Below are positions 19,262 to 29,069 of a stretch of 64,000 bases of DNA, one piece after another (the first letter of the stretch is position 1; every line of letters starts with the position of its first letter). A program made the position numbers and the translations under genes. The notes below the pieces were generated by a model. It saw only the letters and a list, made by a program, of their open reading frames with translations. It was not told the DNA's origin and did no database searches. Source of the DNA: Patescibacteria group bacterium (lineage in GTDB: Bacteria; Patescibacteriota; Patescibacteriia; UBA9934); the NCBI GenBank assembly GCA_038064675.1, contig JBBTSM010000003.1:191212-255211 (forward strand), given 5' to 3'.

Positions 19262-19852
19262 TTATGCCCCGAGCTGCATGCGAACCATGCGACCGATGCG
19301 GAGGTTTTCGCCGATTGAGGTGATGTTCTCTGTGAGAAGTGCCTGAACGGTCTTTTCGTCATCCTTGATGAACTGCTGTTCGAGCAAACAGATGTCTGCA
19401 AAGAACTTGTTCAGTTTGCCGTCGAGAATCTTTTCGATCATTTCCGCTGGCTTGCCTTCCTGCGAGAGCTGCTCGCGATAGACTGCCTTTTCACGGTCGA
19501 TCACGTCTGTTGGAACCTGGTCGCGCGACACGTACTGTGGAGCGCTCGCCGCAATGTGCATCGCGAGATCCTGGCCGAAGGCAATGAACTTCTCATTGCG
19601 AGCCACGAAGTCTGTTTCGCACATCACTTCCACCAACACTGCAAGCTTATCGCCGTGAGCATATGCGAAGACCTTGCCTTCAGCCGTTACGCGATCAGAC
19701 TTCTTTGCTGCCTTTGCTGCACCACTCACGCGCAATGCATCGATCGCCTTTTCCATGTCGCCACCCGCTTCTTCAAGCGCGCGCTTGGCGTCCATCATTC
19801 CCGCACCACTCATCTCGCGAAGCTTCGCGACGTCACCGGCAGAAATTGCCAT
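19262..19852 (-). CDS. tsf: Elongation factor Ts (short form)
   Basis: LREMSGAGMMDAK, CETDFVA. Confidence 0.97.
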   Translation of the reverse strand: MAISAGDVAKLREMSGAGMMDAKRALEEAGGDMEKAIDALRVSGAAKAAKKSDRVTAEGKVFAYAHGDKLAVLVEVMCETDFVARNEKFIAFGQDLAMHIAASAPQYVSRDQVPTDVIDREKAVYREQLSQEGKPAEMIEKILDGKLNKFFADICLLEQQFIKDDEKTVQALLTENITSIGENLRIGRMVRMQLGA

Positions 19853-19864
19853 AGTGATATTCAA

Positions 19865-20749
19865 TTATTTCTTGTTTTCTGGTTTACGTACTTCTGGCTT
19901 TGCTTCTGCCTTTGCAACGCCAGCCTTTACTGCGAGCTCTTCCTTTGTTGCATCGTCCAAATCATCCACTGCGGCGCGAGAACTGTCGGTCAATTTTACC
20001 TCATCCTCTGCATTCACGCGAACGATTGCCGCTGCTGCTGCCTTTTCGCTGGCGATTGCGGTTGCACGTGCCTTGCCTTCTTTCACTGCGTCGGCAATAA
20101 GCTTCGTTACCATTTCCAAACTTCCAACCGCGTCGTCGTTTCCTGGAATAACATAACGGATACCACGTGGGTTCACGTTGCTATCTACAAGAGCAACCAT
20201 CGTCACACCCATCGTTGTTGCCTCACGAACTGCAGTCTTCTCATGACGAGCGTCCAAGATAAACAATGCATCTGGAAGCTTGGTGAGCGTGGAAAGTCCA
20301 CCGATCTTTTCCTCGAGCTCCTCGATTTCACGGGAGAATTGGAGCTGTTCAAGCTTAGTGTACTTCTTGAGCTCGCCCTTTGCAGACTTGTCCTTCAGAT
20401 CCAAGTAGTGACGGATCAGGCGCTGGATCTGTGCGAAGTTTGTGAGTGTTCCGCCCAACCAACGGGTGTTGATGTATGGAACGCCAGCGTCCTTTGCGCA
20501 TGCCTCAACAATTGGTTGCGCCTGGCGCTTAGTGCCAACGAAGACAATGACGCCACCACGAGCAGCAGTCTCTGTTGCGAACGTCATTGCGCGCTCCAAT
20601 TGGGTCTGCGTCTTTTCAATATCGATGATGTGCACACCACCGCGCTCGCCAAAGATGAATTGCTTCATCTTTGGGTGCCAGCGGCTGGACTGATGACCGA
20701 AGTGAACACCTGCCTTAAGCATTTCAAGTAACGTAGGCATCTTTGCCAT
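19865..20749 (-). CDS. rpsB: 30S ribosomal protein S2
   Basis: AGVHFGH, RWLGGTLTNF, PGNDDA; start at 20749. Confidence 0.98.
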   Translation of the reverse strand: MAKMPTLLEMLKAGVHFGHQSSRWHPKMKQFIFGERGGVHIIDIEKTQTQLERAMTFATETAARGGVIVFVGTKRQAQPIVEACAKDAGVPYINTRWLGGTLTNFAQIQRLIRHYLDLKDKSAKGELKKYTKLEQLQFSREIEELEEKIGGLSTLTKLPDALFILDARHEKTAVREATTMGVTMVALVDSNVNPRGIRYVIPGNDDAVGSLEMVTKLIADAVKEGKARATAIASEKAAAAAIVRVNAEDEVKLTDSSRAAVDDLDDATKEELAVKAGVAKAEAKPEVRKPENKK

Positions 20750-20757
20750 ATGAATAT

Positions 20758-20888
20758 AGGCGCTTTTCCCATTTGGCCTCTTTTCAGCTTGTCGCATCGG
20801 AAACTCGCTCAACGTACACATGAAGTACGTCTCGCGAGATTTCCTCGCTCCGCACCGAAAATAGTCTCAAATGTGCAAAGTGCGTCCT
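20758..20888 (-). repeat. Family A hairpin element, copy 2, in the rpsB 5' UTR
   Basis: Minus strand tttcggtgc...acGTACttcatgtGTACgt...aagctgaaaa. Confidence 0.8.
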
Positions 20889-20889
20889 T

Positions 20890-21028
20890 TTTACCTCAGC
20901 GTTCATATCGTGGGCCCCGTCTACGCAGGGAGGATCCATTCGATGATGTATTGAACGCCTGTGAGATGTGATGAATAAGTGCCCGTAGAAGACGGCAGAA
21001 TAGTACTAAACTTTGCTAAAATTCGCAA
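20890..21028 (-). promoter_or_regulatory. rpsB promoter and structured leader
   Basis: TTGCGA-N17-TACTAT; gcgttca/tgaacgc stem in the leader. Confidence 0.55.
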
Positions 21029-21039
21029 ATGAATCCTAC

Positions 21040-21165
21040 AAAAATTCTGATATTTGTGGCGAGTTTCGATGAAGAGCGAGAAAATGTCCCGAAAACGTAC
21101 TTCTCGGTACGTTGAGGGAATTTTCGATGGTCTGAGTCGAAAATCGACCAAATAGCAGGATTTTT
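21040..21165 (+). repeat. Family A hairpin element, copy 3
   Basis: tttcgatga...aacGTACTTCTCGGTACgtt...gagtcgaaaa. Confidence 0.9.
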
Positions 21166-22174
21166 AGCGAATAAACATGGCGTCTCCAAAGGAAAAGAAT
21201 CGGTATCTGTGATCGATAGCTTCTTTATAGGCAGCGAGGATGTGCTCGCGATCGGCGAAGGCGGAAACGAGCATGAGCAAGGTGGATTTTGGAAGGTGGA
21301 AGTTGGTTATAAGGCCATCGACGATCTGAAATTGGAATCCCGGCGTAATAAACATATTCACTTCCCCGCTGTACGCCGCAAGCTCACCAATCGTTGCAAC
21401 AACGCCCTCAAGAACTCGCACCGTCGTTGTTCCCACCGCAATAACCCGACAACCTTCTGACTTCGCCGATCGAATTCTCTGTGCGGTCAATTCATCGATT
21501 TCCACAAACTCGGCATGCATCACATGATCCTCGATGTGATCAGTTTGCACCGGGCGGAACGTGCCGATCCCCACATGAAGCGTCACTTCCTCGATCTGTA
21601 CGCCTTTCGCCCGTGCTCGATCGATGAGTTCGGGGGTGAAGTGGAGTCCTGCGGTTGGTGCGGCGACTGAACCGGTCGATCTTGCATAGACGGTTTGATA
21701 GCGATCGGGATCCGCGAGCTCGGTCGTGACGTATGGTGGCGTTGGTACTGATCCTGCAGATTCACAAAACGCAAACATCTCCCCCGCTGTCATCGATGAT
21801 TTCAGGGTCACGATTCCGTCTGTTGTTTTATTAGAGACGACCCAGCGGGTCGTCTCTACGGTGATCGCAGATCCGATACCTAATTTTCTGCTCCCGCGAA
21901 TCAATACATCGATTTCACCATCGCGAACCTTGAGGACGAAAACTTCGAAGCCGTCGATCTGAAGACGAGCCTTAAAAACCTTTGAAACATTAAAGACGAG
22001 AACGTCGCCGGCATTCAACTCGTCGAGAATTTCAGCAAATCGATCGCGATGACGGATCTCCCCCGAATTCCGGTCGAGCACCAACAGCCTCGATGCATCC
22101 CGTGGCTCAATAGGAACCTGAGCGATCAGCTCCTCCGGCAAATCGTACGAAAAATCAGCAACAGGCGTTGGCAT
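21164..22174 (-). CDS. queA: S-adenosylmethionine:tRNA ribosyltransferase-isomerase
   Basis: LPEELIAQ, GSVAAPTAGLHFT, TNFHLPKSTL, YRFFSFGDAM. Confidence 0.97.
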   Translation of the reverse strand: MPTPVADFSYDLPEELIAQVPIEPRDASRLLVLDRNSGEIRHRDRFAEILDELNAGDVLVFNVSKVFKARLQIDGFEVFVLKVRDGEIDVLIRGSRKLGIGSAITVETTRWVVSNKTTDGIVTLKSSMTAGEMFAFCESAGSVPTPPYVTTELADPDRYQTVYARSTGSVAAPTAGLHFTPELIDRARAKGVQIEEVTLHVGIGTFRPVQTDHIEDHVMHAEFVEIDELTAQRIRSAKSEGCRVIAVGTTTVRVLEGVVATIGELAAYSGEVNMFITPGFQFQIVDGLITNFHLPKSTLLMLVSAFADREHILAAYKEAIDHRYRFFSFGDAMFIR

Positions 22175-22247
22175 AATGCCGGATATTTTAGGCTAATGCT
22201 TGCGGAAAAGCAATTTTTATGATATAGAATTCTTACCCGAGGTTCAC

Positions 22248-22601
22248 ATGAATACGTTGATGGTTCACGCCATGATCCAGGTGGGTGGTTTCCTGACTCT
22301 CGCTCTGGTGGCGGCATTTTTCATTCAGGCGTTCGAAGTCCTGAAGAGGGTCGTAACGCCCAATCGATTCCTCGCGCTCGCAATCATCACCTCCGTGTTC
22401 CAGGTCCTGACCATCTGGATCCTGAACAATGGAGGATACGACGTTCTGCGCGCCAATCCCAAGGGGGAGGTCCTCATCACGGATATGAAAGTATCAACGG
22501 TGCTGTCCTTGATCTGTGCGTTTTTGGCCGCACTTCACGTGGCGGGGTACGACATGATTCTTTCGTTTCCGGAAATCATTCGGCGGATCAAAAAGCTCTA
22601 G
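22248..22601 (+). CDS. ORFan membrane protein (cassette-like unit)
   Basis: Three TM helices; own promoter and 3' hairpin. Confidence 0.7.
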   Translation: MNTLMVHAMIQVGGFLTLALVAAFFIQAFEVLKRVVTPNRFLALAIITSVFQVLTIWILNNGGYDVLRANPKGEVLITDMKVSTVLSLICAFLAALHVAGYDMILSFPEIIRRIKKL

Positions 22602-22615
22602 TGAGACAACTCTCA

Positions 22616-22674
22616 AAAACGCGCTCGCGCCCAGGACGACCCCTGGGCGCGAAGTCGTTTTATACACAATTCAC
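22616..22674 (+). terminator. Cassette-type 3' hairpin followed by ttatacaca
   Basis: cgcgcccagg/cctgggcgcg stem, then gtcgttttatacacaattcac. Confidence 0.75.
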
Positions 22675-22742
22675 ATCCATTTATAGGCTAATATTTGCAG
22701 AAAAACAATTTTTTCGATAGAATGAGTTTACCTGAGAGATTC

Positions 22743-23087
22743 ATGGATCACATTCCGGTTATCGATACCTTCTTCAGTGTCGTCGCTTATCTGGCCATCT
22801 GCACCCTTCCGTTCGGTGCCGGGTGGATTCTGTGGAGGGAAAGGGCGAAGATGCACGCGCAGGGATGCGTGTACGGAATCACCCAAAACGAGAAGGCGAG
22901 CATCGTCATCGCCTTCCTGGGGGCAGTCCTCGGCTGCATGGGATTCATCATCAGCCAGAACTCTGCCGAGTTGGCGAAGTACTGCGGATTCTCATTCATC
23001 GGCAGCACCGTCATGCTCATCATCGGAGGATTCGTGAGCGCGCTCTACTATCGGGGGAGAGACGAGGAGCTCCGGTCCCGGTACTGA
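22743..23087 (+). CDS. ORFan membrane protein (cassette-like unit)
   Basis: Three TM helices; promoter TTGCAG-N17-TAGAAT at 22695. Confidence 0.7.
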   Translation: MDHIPVIDTFFSVVAYLAICTLPFGAGWILWRERAKMHAQGCVYGITQNEKASIVIAFLGAVLGCMGFIISQNSAELAKYCGFSFIGSTVMLIIGGFVSALYYRGRDEELRSRY

Positions 23088-23146
23088 AACCACGCCGACG
23101 CCGCCCTACGCAGGGTGGCGTCGCGGTCGTTTTATACACAATTCAC
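23087..23146 (+). terminator. Cassette-type 3' hairpin followed by ttatacaca
   Basis: cgacgccgccct/agggtggcgtcg stem, then gtcgttttatacacaattcac. Confidence 0.75.
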
Positions 23147-23221
23147 CGCCAATCTTTGACAAAAAACCCTTATTCCGATACTATTTCCGCACTTATTCGG
23201 CTGTATACAAAGCAGCCTAAC

Positions 23222-23346
23222 AAGAACCTTCCCATTTGGCCGATTTTCGACTCACGCCATCGGAAACTTTCTCACCGTACCGTTAAGTACGCCTCGAAAA
23301 TTTTCCTCGTCGTTCATCGAAACTCGTCACAAATGAAAAGGTTCTT
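23222..23346 (-). repeat. Family A hairpin element, copy 4, in the rpmE 5' UTR
   Basis: Reverse complement closely matches copy 1; lies between TTGACA-N17-TACTAT and the rpmE ATG. Confidence 0.9.
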
Positions 23347-23358
23347 ACCAAAACCCTT

Positions 23359-23670
23359 ATGAAGGCGACAATCCATCCAAACTATTTCGATGCAACGATT
23401 ACCTGTGCGTGTGGTGCCACGTATAAGGTTGGTTCGAGCTTGGAAAAGATCGACATCGAATTGTGCAGTGCTTGCCACCCATTCTTCACCGGTAAGCAGA
23501 AAATCTTGGACACCGCTCGTCGCGTGGAAAAGTTCACCGCGAAGGACGGCAAAAAGGCAGCAACCGTCAAGACTGCAAAGGACAAGGCCGCAGAACGTGC
23601 CGCTCGTGCATCTGCAAAGGCTGCAAAGAAAGCAAACAGCGATACCTCGATCAAATCCGTTTCACGTTAG
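23359..23670 (+). CDS. rpmE: 50S ribosomal protein L31 (Zn-binding type)
   Basis: [23 protein letters not shown]. Confidence 0.97.
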   Translation: MKATIHPNYFDATITCACGATYKVGSSLEKIDIELCSACHPFFTGKQKILDTARRVEKFTAKDGKKAATVKTAKDKAAERAARASAKAAKKANSDTSIKSVSR

Positions 23671-23727
23671 GTTTTCACCGAAAGCACTCCGTCGTACGAT
23701 GGGGTGTTTTCGTTTATACTGGAATCT

Positions 23728-24822
23728 ATGGCACTCGAATTTGAAAAGGTCATCGCGGACAAACGCGCGGAAAAAGAAACCATCGAAGCTGAGCTCATGA
23801 GCGCAGCCACACTTGGCAATCCCAAAAAGCTTCGCGAAGTGAATGCGCAGTATCAACAGATCACCCGAATCCTCGATATCGCAATGATCTACGAGATTGC
23901 CGCACGCAACCTTGCCGAAGCACAGGCAACAGCAAATGATGCCGATCCAGAGATTCGTCAGATGGCCGAACAAGAAATCGCCGCAATCTTGCCGATGATG
24001 CCAAAACTCGAGCTCGACCTTGAGCTTGCGTTGATTCCTGCCGATCCAATCGATGGCCATGATGCCATCATGGAAATCCGCGCCGGTACTGGTGGTGACG
24101 AAGCTGCGCTTTTTGCCGCCGATTTGTACCGCATGTATACCCGCTTTGCTGAACGCAACAGCTGGAAGGCCATTATCATCTCGCAAAGTCAGAACGATCT
24201 TGGCGGCTTCCGCGAAGTGATCGTGGAAATTCATGGCGACGGCGCATACGGAACCATGAGACTCGAAAGTGGCGTGCACCGTGTTCAGCGCGTGCCGTCC
24301 ACCGAAAAGGCTGGCCGCATTCATACATCTACCGCCACGGTTGCCGTGCTTCCAAAGATTGAACAGGAAGAATTCGACATAAACCCAAAAGATCTCACTA
24401 TCGAAGCAACCACATCGCAGGGCGCCGGTGGTCAGTCCGTGAACACTACATACAGCGCCGTGCGCATGGTGCACATTCCAACAGGAATCACCGTGTACTG
24501 TCAGGACGAACGATCGTTCAGTCAAAACAAAGAACGTGCCATGGGCGTGATGCGTTCCCGCGTCTTTACCTTTGAAGCAGAAAAGAAACGCGCCGCACTC
24601 GACGCTGAGCGTCGCAGTCAAATTGGTGGCGCAGAGCGTTCGGAAAAAATCCGCACATACAACTTCCCACAAGATCGGATCACCGATCACCGCGTCAAAC
24701 AATCGTGGCACGGTATTCCTGCAATTCTCGACGGCAACATCACCGACATCCTGACCACGCTCAAAATGGCAGCGCGCGACGCAAAGTTCGGCGAGCTTAC
24801 TGCCGACGAGGACGACGAATAA
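23728..24822 (+). CDS. prfA: Peptide chain release factor 1
   Basis: GGQ, P(S)T anticodon motif in [20 protein letters not shown]. Confidence 0.97.
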   Translation: MALEFEKVIADKRAEKETIEAELMSAATLGNPKKLREVNAQYQQITRILDIAMIYEIAARNLAEAQATANDADPEIRQMAEQEIAAILPMMPKLELDLELALIPADPIDGHDAIMEIRAGTGGDEAALFAADLYRMYTRFAERNSWKAIIISQSQNDLGGFREVIVEIHGDGAYGTMRLESGVHRVQRVPSTEKAGRIHTSTATVAVLPKIEQEEFDINPKDLTIEATTSQGAGGQSVNTTYSAVRMVHIPTGITVYCQDERSFSQNKERAMGVMRSRVFTFEAEKKRAALDAERRSQIGGAERSEKIRTYNFPQDRITDHRVKQSWHGIPAILDGNITDILTTLKMAARDAKFGELTADEDDE

Positions 24823-24825
24823 CGT

Positions 24826-25722
24826 ATGAACGGCGCCATGACGATTTTTGAAATCCTTGCATGGGCCGGCGATGCGCTGAAAGCTGCCGACGCTACACGC
24901 GTAGTGAAGCAAAATCCCCGCCTTGATGCGCAAGTCCTTTTGTCGTACGTCCTTGGTGTAAACAGCGCGTATCTTTTTACGCATGGCGACGAAGCAATGA
25001 AATCCGACGCCGCGGAAACATTTCAACGCCTTGTTGCTCGACGTGCACGACACGAACCCGTCGCATACCTCACCCAAACCAAAGCATTCTTCGGGCGCGA
25101 TTTCTTCGTGAATCAACACGTATTGATTCCGCGACCAGACACGGAGGTATTGGTCGAGGCCGCGCTCAGCGTGATCGATTTCCAATCAACGATCGTGGAC
25201 ATCGGCACTGGTAGCGGCGCGATCGCCATTTCTCTGGAACTCGAAACCCATCGCCCAACATTCGCCACTGAAATAGATCGCGACACAAAATCCGTCGCCG
25301 AACACAACGCACGGAATCTTGGATCGAATGTTGTCTTCCTCGAGGGTTCGCTCTTCGAACCATTCGCTGTGCTCGAGCCTACAGCCGATCATCTCGTTAT
25401 TACTGCGAATCTTCCGTATCTCACTCCGTGGCAATGGAACGATCTCGACGCCGACGTGAAAGACTACGAGCCACGGCTTGCACTCGTTGGCGGCGCTGAC
25501 GGCCTAGCGCTCTACGACGAACTCTGCAATCAAATCCGCACCTACCTCCACGAAGCGTCGCGCAAAGGCAATCGCATCGCAGTGAATCTCTTCATCGAAA
25601 TCGATCCATCACAACGCCAAACCGCACCAGCACTTCTCGCGACACATTTCCCCGAAGCAAAGATTGAGATCATCAAAGACATGAGCAGCCGAGAGCGTGT
25701 TGTTCACGCTATTCTGCACTAA
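24826..25722 (+). CDS. prmC: Release factor glutamine methyltransferase
   Basis: LIPRPDTE, DIGTGSG, NLPY. Confidence 0.94.
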   Translation: MNGAMTIFEILAWAGDALKAADATRVVKQNPRLDAQVLLSYVLGVNSAYLFTHGDEAMKSDAAETFQRLVARRARHEPVAYLTQTKAFFGRDFFVNQHVLIPRPDTEVLVEAALSVIDFQSTIVDIGTGSGAIAISLELETHRPTFATEIDRDTKSVAEHNARNLGSNVVFLEGSLFEPFAVLEPTADHLVITANLPYLTPWQWNDLDADVKDYEPRLALVGGADGLALYDELCNQIRTYLHEASRKGNRIAVNLFIEIDPSQRQTAPALLATHFPEAKIEIIKDMSSRERVVHAILH

Positions 25723-26836
25723 CCGTCGCAAACGGCATCGAAACCTGACCGAGATCTTCGACAACTTCAATCCACGTCTTCCCAGCGTTCATGGTGACTT
25801 CTTTTCCAGTATCGTCATAGAACCGCATGCGCGATGATGCTGAAGTTTTTTTCCATGTCCACGGAACGTTGTTTTGCGTTCCATTTTGCAAAAGCATCAT
25901 CGGCCCTTCGCCGATTGTTCGCACGGTTCGTCTACCCTTATCATCGCCAGGAATCGTTCCAATATTTGTTGCGATGACGACGACGTTATTCGCGACATAC
26001 GTATTTCCGCCTTGCGATCGGCGATACACATTCGTGGCCGGATCATAAGTCCAATCAATATCGTATCCGCTTCCCCATTCAATATGCGTCGTGTCCGCGG
26101 CCGATGATTCCGATGCGCCATCGGTAAATATCCATGCATCGTACGACGGTGAATCGGCGGCATATTTCTCATCGATCTCAGAAATTGCACTCTTCAAAAG
26201 GCTTGTGTTGGTATATACGTTGTGTGGAGCATATCGCGTCAACTCATCGCGATAGTAATATTCACTCTGAAAGAATTGATTCAAATCAAGCGTGCCGCTC
26301 ATTGCAATATCGTCGAGTGCCTCTGGCGATCCGCCAACGTGTCCGTAAATCCCCTGGAACTCTGCGTTCCAATCAAGATAATACGGGCGAGCAGAGCGTA
26401 CCGGCCCGATCTTCGCTACAGACTGATCGTCGGAAAAGAACGCGATGAATCGTGGAATATTCCCTTCAACCGGAGCTTCGATCACAAGGAATGCCTGATC
26501 GAGGCCCGACAACGGCCATGCATCTGCAGAGTTCTCGATCATAATCCCAAAGACTTGTGGCAATGCCGTGAGCGGAGCAGAGAGCAACGCACCCGTTAAC
26601 GGATGACGCGGCGCAGCAGTGATCGCCGATGGAACAATACGCTCCTGCAGTCCGCGATCGTAAAACAACGATCCCGGAATCGTCATGAGCGCAGAAATGA
26701 TCCCGGAAAGAAGGAATAATCCGCCAGCAAGAATGAAGAGATTTTTCGGCGTGCCTTCTCGTTTCCACAGTCGCAACGCACGATCGCGAATCCGGCGAAA
26801 CACGCTCGATGTTTTCTTAGCCATAAGAGTTTTCAT
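25709..26836 (-). CDS. DUF3048 domain protein
   Basis: MIEN..AWP.SGL, GPVRSAR, APHNVY, GKTWIEV. Confidence 0.85.
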   Translation of the reverse strand: MKTLMAKKTSSVFRRIRDRALRLWKREGTPKNLFILAGGLFLLSGIISALMTIPGSLFYDRGLQERIVPSAITAAPRHPLTGALLSAPLTALPQVFGIMIENSADAWPLSGLDQAFLVIEAPVEGNIPRFIAFFSDDQSVAKIGPVRSARPYYLDWNAEFQGIYGHVGGSPEALDDIAMSGTLDLNQFFQSEYYYRDELTRYAPHNVYTNTSLLKSAISEIDEKYAADSPSYDAWIFTDGASESSAADTTHIEWGSGYDIDWTYDPATNVYRRSQGGNTYVANNVVVIATNIGTIPGDDKGRRTVRTIGEGPMMLLQNGTQNNVPWTWKKTSASSRMRFYDDTGKEVTMNAGKTWIEVVEDLGQVSMPFATVSAE

Positions 26837-26880
26837 GATACCAAAAACGCCCCGTCATTGCGACGGGGCGTTTCATGAAA

Positions 26881-27546
26881 TTATTTCTTTTCTGTCTTCT
26901 TTGCTGCTTCTGCCTCCTCTTCTGGAGTAAGCTTCTTTTCCTTAAGGACTTCCACCTTTGAAACGTCGGTATCAACAACTTCGTTCAACGATGCAAGCTC
27001 TTCCTCGGAACGTGGCGGTTGAACAGATGCGATAGCAACTTCGCCGTCGGTGGTGATTCCCACACCTTCTGGAGCGACGATGTCGGACACGCGGATCACG
27101 TCCTCAAACGTTGCAAGCTTTGAAACGTCGATGCTGATTTCGTGCACAAGCGCGTTTGGAAGGGAGACCACTTCCACTTCTTCAAGGGACTGCAAGAGGG
27201 TTCCGCCAAGCTCTTTCACTGCTGGAGCCAAGCCCACAAGCACCAAAGGAATCTTTGCTTCAATCTTGCGGTTTGGATCCACGGCGCGGAAGTCGATGTG
27301 CGTCACGAAATCATTCAACGCATTGCGCTGGATTTCGCCAATAAGCACCTGGAACATTTTTCCGTCCACAGCGAGGTCGACAACTGTGCTGGAACCAGCG
27401 GCAGCGTAGACTTTTAAAAATGCGTTGCGGTCAACCTGGACGTTTGTTGGTTCGGTGCCAAAGCCGTAAACGACTGCTGGGACGGTTCCTTCAGCACGAA
27501 GTGCTTCAGTTGCGCGGCCTCGAAGTTCGCGAAGGGTGGCATTCAT
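26881..27546 (-). CDS. rplY: 50S ribosomal protein L25 (Ctc form)
   Basis: VPAVVYG, HIDF, C-terminal beta domain. Confidence 0.95.
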   Translation of the reverse strand: MNATLRELRGRATEALRAEGTVPAVVYGFGTEPTNVQVDRNAFLKVYAAAGSSTVVDLAVDGKMFQVLIGEIQRNALNDFVTHIDFRAVDPNRKIEAKIPLVLVGLAPAVKELGGTLLQSLEEVEVVSLPNALVHEISIDVSKLATFEDVIRVSDIVAPEGVGITTDGEVAIASVQPPRSEEELASLNEVVDTDVSKVEVLKEKKLTPEEEAEAAKKTEKK

Positions 27547-27633
27547 TGTTGCGTGTTTCTGCATAGATGGCGGGTATTTCATCGAATCTTAGCCTTTTTG
27601 TCAAACTGGTTATACAGAACGTGCGGTTTTCCC

Positions 27634-27939
27634 CTATTTCGTCATTTTTTCCAGGGCAAGGTGCACGGAAAGCACATCGTCGAGGGAAATCCGCTTTCGG
27701 TCCATAAACCGCAAAGCATCTTGAGCATCGCAGTCCGTAAAGATACCAACACATGAGATATTCTGTTCAGAACGCTCTATGGTGTAAAACATCGCCCGCA
27801 AACACTGAAGACATGTGGCGTGAAGCGTTTCGCGCCGCCCGTCCTTCTTGAGGGTACGCAAACGCTCACCATCGTACGCAACAGCGCAGAACGGGCATCG
27901 AGTCACCGGGTCAAACAAGGCTCGATCGTTCGCGTTCAT
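27634..27939 (-). CDS. Small zinc-ribbon protein
   Basis: CPFC...CLQC; overlaps the rodA stop. Confidence 0.75.
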   Translation of the reverse strand: MNANDRALFDPVTRCPFCAVAYDGERLRTLKKDGRRETLHATCLQCLRAMFYTIERSEQNISCVGIFTDCDAQDALRFMDRKRISLDDVLSVHLALEKMTK

Positions 27940-29060
27940 AGGAGAATATCGTTAAAACGGTCACCCGGACGCAGCCGAATTGCCACTGACTGCACTAAGC
28001 CAAGGAAAACCAAGGAGAGCAAAAGCGCGCTTCCTCCGTAGCTTACCAGGGGAAGAGCAACTCCCGTGGCTGGCATCAGCGACAAATTCGCACCAACATG
28101 CACCGTTACCTCGATAATCATAACAGAAAAGGTTCCGATGCACAGGTAGGCTCCAAAGGTGTCGCGCGCCATCCTACTAATCGTCAGCATTCGCCACAAC
28201 AGCACCACAAAGGCCAGAAAAAGCAGGAGTACCCCGACAAACCCAAGTTCCTCGGCGATCACCGCAAACACAAAGTCGGTCTGACTTTCTGGCAAAAATC
28301 GGAGCTGGCTCTGACTTCCATCGCCCAAGCCCCTCCCCCAAAATCCACCGGAACCGATAGCGATCTTTGCCTGAATAACGTTATACCCTCGGAATAACGG
28401 ATCTCTTGAAGGATCAAGGAACGTCATAATCCGATCTTTTTGATACGCCTGAAACACAAACATCCAACCAATCGCCACAATAAGCGCAACGCTTCCGAGC
28501 AACACAAACACCTGCGACGGCCGGATGCCTGCAAATAACACCATCACCGCCCATGTTCCCACAAGAAGCGCGGCACCTCCCAAGTCTGGTTGAAGCATGA
28601 GAAGCCCAACGGGAATTGCAATGAATCCCCCGCTCATAAACAAATCCCTCCATCCAAAACGACGTTTTGCGCGTTCACTGAAATAGAGTGCAAGCATCAT
28701 CATGAGCGCCACTTTCATCAACTCAACCGGCTGGAACGCAAATCCGCCCAACACAAACCATCCCGTAGATCCGTTCAGTGTTCGCCCAAGAAACAGCACC
28801 AACACCAGCATCACCACACCCGCAACATAAAAACCGCGAGCGTAGTGACGAATCGCGTGATAGTTCGTAGCCGCAAGGATGGCACACGCCACCAAACCAA
28901 TACCCAACGCAATCGCTTGCTTCTGCAAAAAAACGTTTGCCGAACCACGAGAAAGCTCAACGGAAAAAATTGCCGCAAAGCCAAAGGCAATCAACACTGC
29001 CGCAGCAATCATGAGCAGCACGTCTCCCTTTCGAAATGCCGTGAGCGGAGCAAAGGCCAT
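27936..29060 (-). CDS. rodA: SEDS peptidoglycan polymerase RodA
   Basis: QPVELMK, QPDLG, LPESQTDF, EELGF, SYGGS. Confidence 0.9.
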   Translation of the reverse strand: MAFAPLTAFRKGDVLLMIAAAVLIAFGFAAIFSVELSRGSANVFLQKQAIALGIGLVACAILAATNYHAIRHYARGFYVAGVVMLVLVLFLGRTLNGSTGWFVLGGFAFQPVELMKVALMMMLALYFSERAKRRFGWRDLFMSGGFIAIPVGLLMLQPDLGGAALLVGTWAVMVLFAGIRPSQVFVLLGSVALIVAIGWMFVFQAYQKDRIMTFLDPSRDPLFRGYNVIQAKIAIGSGGFWGRGLGDGSQSQLRFLPESQTDFVFAVIAEELGFVGVLLLFLAFVVLLWRMLTISRMARDTFGAYLCIGTFSVMIIEVTVHVGANLSLMPATGVALPLVSYGGSALLLSLVFLGLVQSVAIRLRPGDRFNDILL

Positions 29061-29069
29061 GACACCACA

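Noticed and set aside
23662-25185. 507-aa antisense ORF, and similar long shadows over rpsB-tsf, metK, thrS and rplK-rplA
   Set aside because: They lie opposite well-conserved genes, have no motifs, and are expected from codon bias
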